From a virus, in the IMG/VR virus record IMGVR_UViG_3300034069_001746: DNA of 58,322 nt; one strand, given 5' to 3'. The notes beneath the pieces were generated by a model. The model saw only the letters and a program-made list of their open reading frames with translations. It made no database searches and was not told the origin of the DNA. Both the position numbers and the translations under genes were made by a program. Positions 51,251 through 58,322 of the stretch are shown here, in pieces (the first letter of the stretch is position 1; each line of letters begins with the position of its first letter).

Positions 51251-53939
51251 ATGCCCAATGAGCCAGAATCTAATAATCCCTTACGGGTTAAACGGGTTGT
51301 TCCCAATGAAGATGATCAACGCTGGGCTGATCAACTAGTATTGCTGTTGATCAGAGACTTTGCTAATATGGGAATAAAGGTTAACTATATATACACACCT
51401 GAATATATAGTTCAATCTTTTGCTATCCACCGTAAATATCTAGAAAAGGGGGGAGAATAAGCATGGTGCAACAAAGGGGTCAGAATCCTAGTCTTGAAAG
51501 AATAGTCACTGATCTATTTCCGGTTAATAACTCTTCCTATGAACTGCTTAAGCAATCTGTATTTATTAAAAGGGTGAAAAAGATTACAGCGCTAATGAGT
51601 GATTATAGCGCTTTCTTTGGTGAAACATTTCACCGTTTACTAAAAATGCGTATTGAAAGTTTTTGCGATCATTTTCTTTACCAAGTAAAAATTGTAAAAA
51701 CAACTCAGTATATTACGTTTGACTTAAGTCCCATTAAGGGTAATTTTGTAGAGGTAGAAAAAGCCTTTACTGATTTACAAAACACATATCGGGGTACCAA
51801 GACTTATAAGGACGTACGTCAGACTTATCGTTTACTACGTCTGTTGCGCCATCAGTATCACCGTGAAATAGAAGCAATAGATTTTTATGTTGACGTGTAT
51901 CGGACCCTTGTTTAACTATTGTTTCTATTAGTAAGAGAGGCTGCAATAGCCTCTCTTACTAATCTATTAAAGGAAATAAAGATGCCCCATGCTATAATCC
52001 TTTGGGTTTTAATGCACATTGGGCCTTGCTTACCCTGTTGAACCATTTCCTACGCATGGAAAATGGGTACAGACAAAGCGTGATTACCTTTATTCACCAG
52101 AGGACGAACGACGTTTTCCAGTGTCGTTTCCGTATAACAGGATACCGATAACGAAGAGTATTCCATCATGGCAGACATGTATTCTCTTGATCTTTTACCT
52201 CAAAAATACCGGGTGTTTAAATCTATTGTTTCGGTAGAAAACCGTCTCGGATTGTGTGAAACAACGGTATCCATCACCAATCTTTTAAAAGACCTTCATG
52301 GATTCACCGCTGATCCAGCGATTGTAAAGCTAGTGGACCGATATTTTACCTATCTGGATCGATCGTGTCTGTCTTTTGAGGTACTCAATAAACGAGCTTT
52401 ATGGTTACGAAATTATGGTCAGATTCTTGAACATCGTCTCAAACTTGCAGTTGCTCAAACCATGAAAAAACCTACGGTTCAGTCACCAGTTACTGATCGC
52501 CATTTCTTGGATAAGCTTGAGGTATTGACTCACGCGATAGCACAGTACCGCCTAAACACGGTTGGACATGATCCTCAATGGGACAATGATGCCATAGCGA
52601 TACTCGGTAAGATCACCGATTTAGCGATGCGATTAACGCCTAATCACGATCATCGTTCGTATCAAGCATTGATCATAATGATTGATCGGCTGATTGATCA
52701 TCTGCAGCAACGATCACCGCGTCTTCATGTCCAAGATACCGGATTTAACATTTTAATGCGGCTCCTGGAGCTACATTACATCGTTAGTCAGTACACGGTT
52801 TTTTAACACCCCCTTCCACAAAGGATTAGGCCTATGGCTGACCCCATTTCACACAATCTCAAACCTCATCCGGGTGTTCTCACCGCGATCGTGCTAAACA
52901 CGCACGCTCTCAAAAAGGATAACCCTCAGGCTAATGCTGTAGAAGTACTCTACCTTGTTATTAAACAAACATTGAACTCAGCCGCCATGGCTATTGCTCC
53001 CGACCTTATGGTATCAACGTGTTTTGTGTATTACATCAATGCGTACCGGGCGATGATAGCAACGGACAAGGATCCAGATAGCGAAGCATCTTGTGTCACC
53101 TATGATGACGCAGCATTGTCCTTGTTTGATCTTTATCTACAATGTCCTCACGATGTAATTGTTCGGCGAATGCTCCCTATGGTAACAGAAGCCCTACGTG
53201 AGGTAACAGTGGCGCGACAATCAGCCAGTGATCAACCTTTAAAAGAATCACTGGGATCTTTGTCTACCTTGGCGTTGTTGTCACAAACATTGCCGTTTTA
53301 TGTAAAAGGTCGCCGCCGCCAAAAGAATTACGAGTATGTCACTTGGTTAAAGACATTGTTTGAGAAAGTTATGAACAGTAATGACTTGACGTTCATGAAC
53401 CAAGATGAAAAACTTAAAGCGATTACCAAGCAGATTGTTAACCACAACCCTGTGATACTGGTAAAATAAAAGGTTTACATTTATGATTTTGGAAGTCAAA
53501 GCTCAACATCAGTATTTTAATCGCAAGCATGAACGCGTAAAAGGACTAGAAGAGCTTAGTCCGACCAACCCCCTTTATGCTCAAGGCTTTCGCTTTAGAG
53601 ATGACTGTGAGCGTACCTACAAAGCCGACGGAACATTTAACATCAGACCTATTACCAGCAAATACGATCTAGTGTCGGTTTGTCACTAGAATAAGTTTAA
53701 CAAGGAGGGTGACCATGACTAAAGTTTCATTGTTTCTTCACCAACGTCTTTGTGATCATGTTTTTCCCTCCACCACACAAGCAGTGGGTTTTGCTACGGT
53801 GCTTGATGGTAAAGGTGAACGTGATCAGTTCTTGGTGGAACAAAGGATTTGTATCCGTTGTGGTTTCACTCAAGAACGCTGGACTCCTGATCTTAGTAGC
53901 TTAGCATCCAATTTATTACCAGAGGGACTAGAGGGTTAG
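51251..53939 (+). CDS. Cluster of hypothetical early genes (51251-51460, 51463-51915, 52168-52806, 52834-53469, 53483-53689, 53709-53939)
   Basis: Co-oriented ORFs with RBSs; hairpins at 51928-51962 and 53926-53951. Confidence 0.6.
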
Positions 53940-54003
53940 CGCCCTCTAGTCTTTATTTCGGTCTCTTACTCGTTAACGTTATGAATATAGGAAAGGTCGG
54001 ATC

Positions 54004-55290
54004 ATGACAGATGATGAAATCAGAATCAAGCCTCTTAGTGACTGGAAGCCTGAAACCGATATCAAGCTGCAAAAAGCATTTGGTAAATTTGTTGAAGAGG
54101 TAGGTGAACTTTTAGAGGCCACAGAAAATTGGAATTTAAAGCCTCAAACTAATTCACTCAATATCTCCCGTTTAGAAGAAGAGATTGCAGATTGTGAAGC
54201 TGTGATCGCAATAATTGAGCACATTTCTGACAACTTACGTCTCGTTCCTCGGGAACACTATGTTAACACTGTTCAAGAAATTACAACAGGTATTAAAGAA
54301 GAAAATGTTAATGCTAATCTGTTTACGGCTAGCTTAGCTTTTGTGAGACAATATGCAGGTCAAGCTCTTTGTATTGTAGGGCGCTGTCAGATTCAAGGGG
54401 TGGCTGGACATGATCCTAAAACAAAGGAATCTAATCTTGTTGTTCTTGCTATAAAACTAGTGAGTTTCAGAGCAGCTCTTCATTGTTTGATTACTGATTT
54501 TGAATTAGATAAAGAGCGGATCAACAAACGACGTGATGCTAAGATTGACACCAAGCTTCCTTGGATTTTAGGAACGGCTACCAATCTGTTACCAGACAAT
54601 ATTCCGCTGAATCAAATCAGTCATCCGGCGGGAACAGTAGTAAAGGTAAAAATGAAAAGGATGGATGCTTTAGATACATCATTTTTTGCTCCATCAATTG
54701 TTAAAATCGATGCTTGGTCTCCAAATCTGATAAATCAAAATGATGTTGCTTTTCACGCTCATCCGCAAGGTGCGCCTTCTCCTCTTCGCTGGTATTCATC
54801 AGAAAATTGGATAGTAGAAACTGTTGTTGCTATCCCTGTTGTTCCTGAAAAGAAAGAACCGATTATGAATTTTTGTATCAATAAACAATCGATTCGTGCT
54901 CTTGCCGAAAGTTTCTGCAAAACAACTCTACCAGCAGGCGTCGCTGCTGATCCTTGTGCTACCAACGCACAATACCCCCATTCTCGCTCAGGTACCAATC
55001 TTTTATCAGTTGATCAAGCTGAAAAGATGCTCGACACTATTCTGTCCGATTACATTACTAACAACGTCGTCGGCGGTCTTTCAGAGGACACAGTTGTAGA
55101 AGATATCTCTTTTCAAGAATATTGTGTTTATACTTATCCAAACAGAACCACATTTAGAGTGGATAACCCAGTAAAGCTTTACCTTCATGATAATGGATCT
55201 GTCAGAATTCTTGATGCTGATGGAGTAACTCACTACCCTATCCCCGATTGGGTTGGAGTATCGTGGAAGGATAAAGACATTGGAGCATAG
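54004..55290 (+). CDS. Protein with an N-terminal MazG-like domain and additional C-terminal domains
   Basis: GKFVEEVGELLEA...LEEEIADCEA. Confidence 0.6.
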   Translation: MTDDEIRIKPLSDWKPETDIKLQKAFGKFVEEVGELLEATENWNLKPQTNSLNISRLEEEIADCEAVIAIIEHISDNLRLVPREHYVNTVQEITTGIKEENVNANLFTASLAFVRQYAGQALCIVGRCQIQGVAGHDPKTKESNLVVLAIKLVSFRAALHCLITDFELDKERINKRRDAKIDTKLPWILGTATNLLPDNIPLNQISHPAGTVVKVKMKRMDALDTSFFAPSIVKIDAWSPNLINQNDVAFHAHPQGAPSPLRWYSSENWIVETVVAIPVVPEKKEPIMNFCINKQSIRALAESFCKTTLPAGVAADPCATNAQYPHSRSGTNLLSVDQAEKMLDTILSDYITNNVVGGLSEDTVVEDISFQEYCVYTYPNRTTFRVDNPVKLYLHDNGSVRILDADGVTHYPIPDWVGVSWKDKDIGA

Positions 55291-55326
55291 GCTACTGCTT
55301 AATTGGGTTAATGAAAGGAGTCAATC

Positions 55327-55572
55327 ATGATTGATGAAGGACTTCTTGTTCAAACATTAATTGAAGCCAAAGGCCAAAACAAAATTAGTAACACTGAGTT
55401 TGTTTTGCTTCGAATGGTTAGCAATAAAGAACCTTATGTTTACTGGCGGGCAGAAGCTGGTAATCCTAGCCCGTTTAATTATCTTGGTGAATCATCAGGT
55501 GAAATTAGTTCCGCTGATACTGAAACAGCACAGCAAGCAGTTGCTGATCTGATTCAAAAACTAAAAGAATAA
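55327..55572 (+). CDS. Small hypothetical protein
   Basis: AAGGAG RBS; followed by hairpin 55581-55609. Confidence 0.6.
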   Translation: MIDEGLLVQTLIEAKGQNKISNTEFVLLRMVSNKEPYVYWRAEAGNPSPFNYLGESSGEISSADTETAQQAVADLIQKLKE

Positions 55573-55620
55573 GTAAAGAAGATAGTGAGAGGAAAAACCT
55601 CTCACTATCATTCTAATTAC

Positions 55621-55640
55621 ATCGGTATATTACCATCTTG
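55621..55640 (+). promoter_or_regulatory. Early promoter, TATATTAC-N5-TG
   Basis: ATCGG-TATATTAC-catct-TG, with TATATTAC at 55626-55633. Confidence 0.65.
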
Positions 55641-55655
55641 AGGTAAAGGAAATAG

Positions 55656-58322
55656 ATGATGCAAAAAAGAGCCTATCCTAGAACTCCGCTAGAACGGCAG
55701 GGTCAGGTCAATCTACGACGTGATACAAGTCCTGCTGCTGTTGAAAGAAGGCGTTGGTTCAACAGACAGATTCAAGAACCGGATTGTGTCATCAACGTAA
55801 CCAAACGCAAAGAAACATTTGGTCTTCTTGATAACCGTGAATCTCAACCGATGTCTCTTGCTAGTTCTGAGATCATGTTCAATCATTTTCCTCAGCACCT
55901 GTTCTTTCGTTACCGAGTAAGAGTGTATTTGAAACAAGAATGGGAAAAAGGTAATGAAGAAGATAACTCTCGAAATTGGTAGAACATATGTTTCCCGAGA
56001 AGGTTTGCTAATAACGATCAAAAGAGTTCTCGATAATGACGATCCGCTTCGAGAAAAAGGTTATGTTTTTGGAGGAAGATCTCAAGGAGGCGTTCATGAG
56101 AAGCACTATACCGAATTCGGTAAGGCAGATCCTCTAGACAATTCTAAGCACAACGATGATCTAGTTAGAGCAATTCTCTCTGAAGAAGATGTTGTAGATT
56201 CTTTGTGGAATGTTCCAGGGCAGTCTATGGAACAACTGTTGAAAGAAGTCAAAAGTAGAGACGAACGGTTGTTCATTAGACATGCAATGATGGACAAACT
56301 TATTTTTGAAAACAGAGTATCGGTACTACGGTATACAACATATGCTCCCTCTTTGAAAACAACGTTTTTCTATTTTGCAACAGAGCATGGTCGATTAGAG
56401 ATCATCAATAATAAACCTGTTGATTTTGCTGGTTTTCAAATAGGACATGTACACGATCCCATGGGTTTGTGGGATACCAGAATGGATGACGCTTTAAAGG
56501 ATGGGTAATGATCAGAAAAGAACTCAGAACCTGGTATTATTTTGGCTGCAGGCATTCAACAGGTCATCATCTTACTAGTCGTTCTGGGATGACCTATTAT
56601 TTACCTGAACTTAGTGATCTAGATGGTCAACTGTGTTTGGAAGACCGGGGTTTGTACCAAGCAGTGCTTACCCGTCTTCCGCATCTAGACTATTCTGCTC
56701 TAGCGTGGTGGGATCAAAGTGTTGATCACCGTAGAGGATCGAACAGCATTATCTTTGCTCCTTCTCTTACCTATTCGCTAGACACTATTCGAACAGCCAT
56801 GACTAAATGGTTTCCCTGGGTTGAAGCAAGACTTCCCCGACCTTTAATAATTGTTAATCAAGAAAGGATTTATCATAGATAATCAAGCGATTGTAAATGG
56901 TGAGCGCTGGCGCTATGATGGCACTAGTCGCCATTTTATTTCGTCTGACTCGCGCTACGGTCCGATGTGGATGTATGTAACTGTCGTTTATGATGACGGT
57001 GAAAACGTCCACTACCGAGCAGACCATAGTCCCAACAAGGTGAGCCAAACACCTCGTGAGCGTTTCTTTGAAGTGGCATCTCGTGCTCCCGTCGAGGAAT
57101 ACGGAAAAGGTCAAAAGGAGTATAGTTTTGCTGAGTCTTACCTGATTGACTTCAAGCTTGATCAAAGGAGTTCATCGTGAGGTGTGACACATGTCAGCAT
57201 TGGAAGAAAGACGAACAAGAAGAGAACCACCGGGTTAAAAGTGTAGGGTTCCACGAATGCGGTGCTATTCGAGAACCCTGGGTGATTGAGAATGAAGCCA
57301 CTAAAGATCTACCATGGCCTGGTGGTCCTCACTTAAAGTGGAAGTATGACCCTGAGTTAGGTATAGACGTAACGGATGATGCTGCTTATAACGCGTATCA
57401 GCAGCGAGAGATAGAGGCTGTTAAAACCGAACAAGCGTTCGTCAGTGATGCCAGTCAATATCGGGCTGAACTCTATACCGCCCCTGATTTTTTCTGCGCC
57501 AGATATGAACAATTAAAGGAAGTCCAACCATGCTCATCGAATTAACCCTTGATTCTGTTGGCGGTATATTCCGCAACGCCGAAGGTCATTTCATCAAGAT
57601 TTACGCCGATGTTCCGGTTACCAAACCAGAGTACGCGCAAGGTTTTCGTTTCCTGGACACCGAAGATAGATTCTATCGTCCTGATGGTACGGCCAAGAAA
57701 ACTAGTTCGTTAGTTGAAGACGTCACCGCATTCATGGCCCAGATTGTCTGGGAAGGTGGTCGTGTTACCAAAACCAGCGATGACGCCACCAATCTTCTAT
57801 TCAAAGATAAGCTTAACTTCCCTCATGGTTTTGCGCAGTGGAAGGGTACCGATATCTGCATGGATATTCATTGTCGCTGTGGGTACCATAGCCATGTTGA
57901 TGGTTATTTCGCTCACCGCGTTGAATGTCCCGCATGTCACCGAACCTATGTCGCTAATTTCAACATCGAGCTAGTTGAGTATACCGATCGTCGTAATCAA
58001 GATGACGGTTCGGTGTTGATGGACAACGAGGTAGAGATCGACATGTCGTCGTTTGATCGCAGTGAGGACAGAACACGATGACCGACAATATCGTATCAAT
58101 ACAGCACGCCCGCCTTAACCGATTACAAGCCAAGGCTGATGTCATCACAGACGGTAGTAAAGATAAAGCAAAAGCTATTTTGACTGCGTTGGGAATGTCA
58201 GAAGAAACAATCGATTTCTGCCTTAACTGTACCAAGGTTGAGGATTGGTTGGATTTTATTCAGTCTGTCACCGACGCGGCCAGTGTTTTGGGTAAAAGGA
58301 TACACTATAAAACGCCAGAACG
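55656..58322 (+). CDS. Operon of small hypothetical genes (55656-55982, 55954-56508, 56508-56882, ~56851-57180, 57177-57545, 57530-58081, 58078 to window end)
   Basis: Overlapping start and stop codons; several Cys-rich ORFs. Confidence 0.6.

Noticed and set aside
1-58322. Many short antisense or nested ORFs in the ORF track; tRNA, rRNA, integrase or chimallin genes
   Set aside because: The short ORFs shadow long genes and lack motifs. No tRNA, rRNA, integrase or recognisable chimallin was seen by eye, so nucleus formation is inferred only from phiKZ-like gene content.

Overview
This 58.3 kb window looks like part of a phiKZ-like (Chimalliviridae-type, nucleus-forming) jumbo phage genome. 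The host is probably an alphaproteobacterium, inferred from the Flp-pilin-like peptide, the CckA-class hybrid kinase and the Rz1-like spanin. The first 21 kb are core genes: probable gp68-like and gp69-like genes (assigned by synteny), a spike/baseplate protein, two split non-virion RNA polymerase subunits, an SF2 helicase with a class-3-type LAGLIDADG intein, a NYN protein and virion proteins. The 21-32 kb stretch holds nucleotide/NAD-related accessory genes (dcd, MYG1, SLOG, ParB-like, two RyR-domain genes, NADAR, HslV-like). The 32.9-51 kb stretch holds lysis genes, a family of signal-peptide-bearing modular proteins, a hybrid histidine kinase with an ethylene-receptor-like sensor, a SNF2 helicase and a large glycosidase-like protein. 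The last 7 kb are small early genes. Most striking observation: the SNF2 helicase gene is bracketed by two HNH homing-endonuclease genes. Outside each one lies an orphan, diverged copy of the matching helicase terminus (5' end at 41575-41631, 3' end at 45387-45485), which suggests intron-less homing elements that carry replacement gene ends. Also notable are the ETR1-like phage kinase and a leaderless Flp pilin mimic. All assignments come from motif recognition by eye; no database searches were run.
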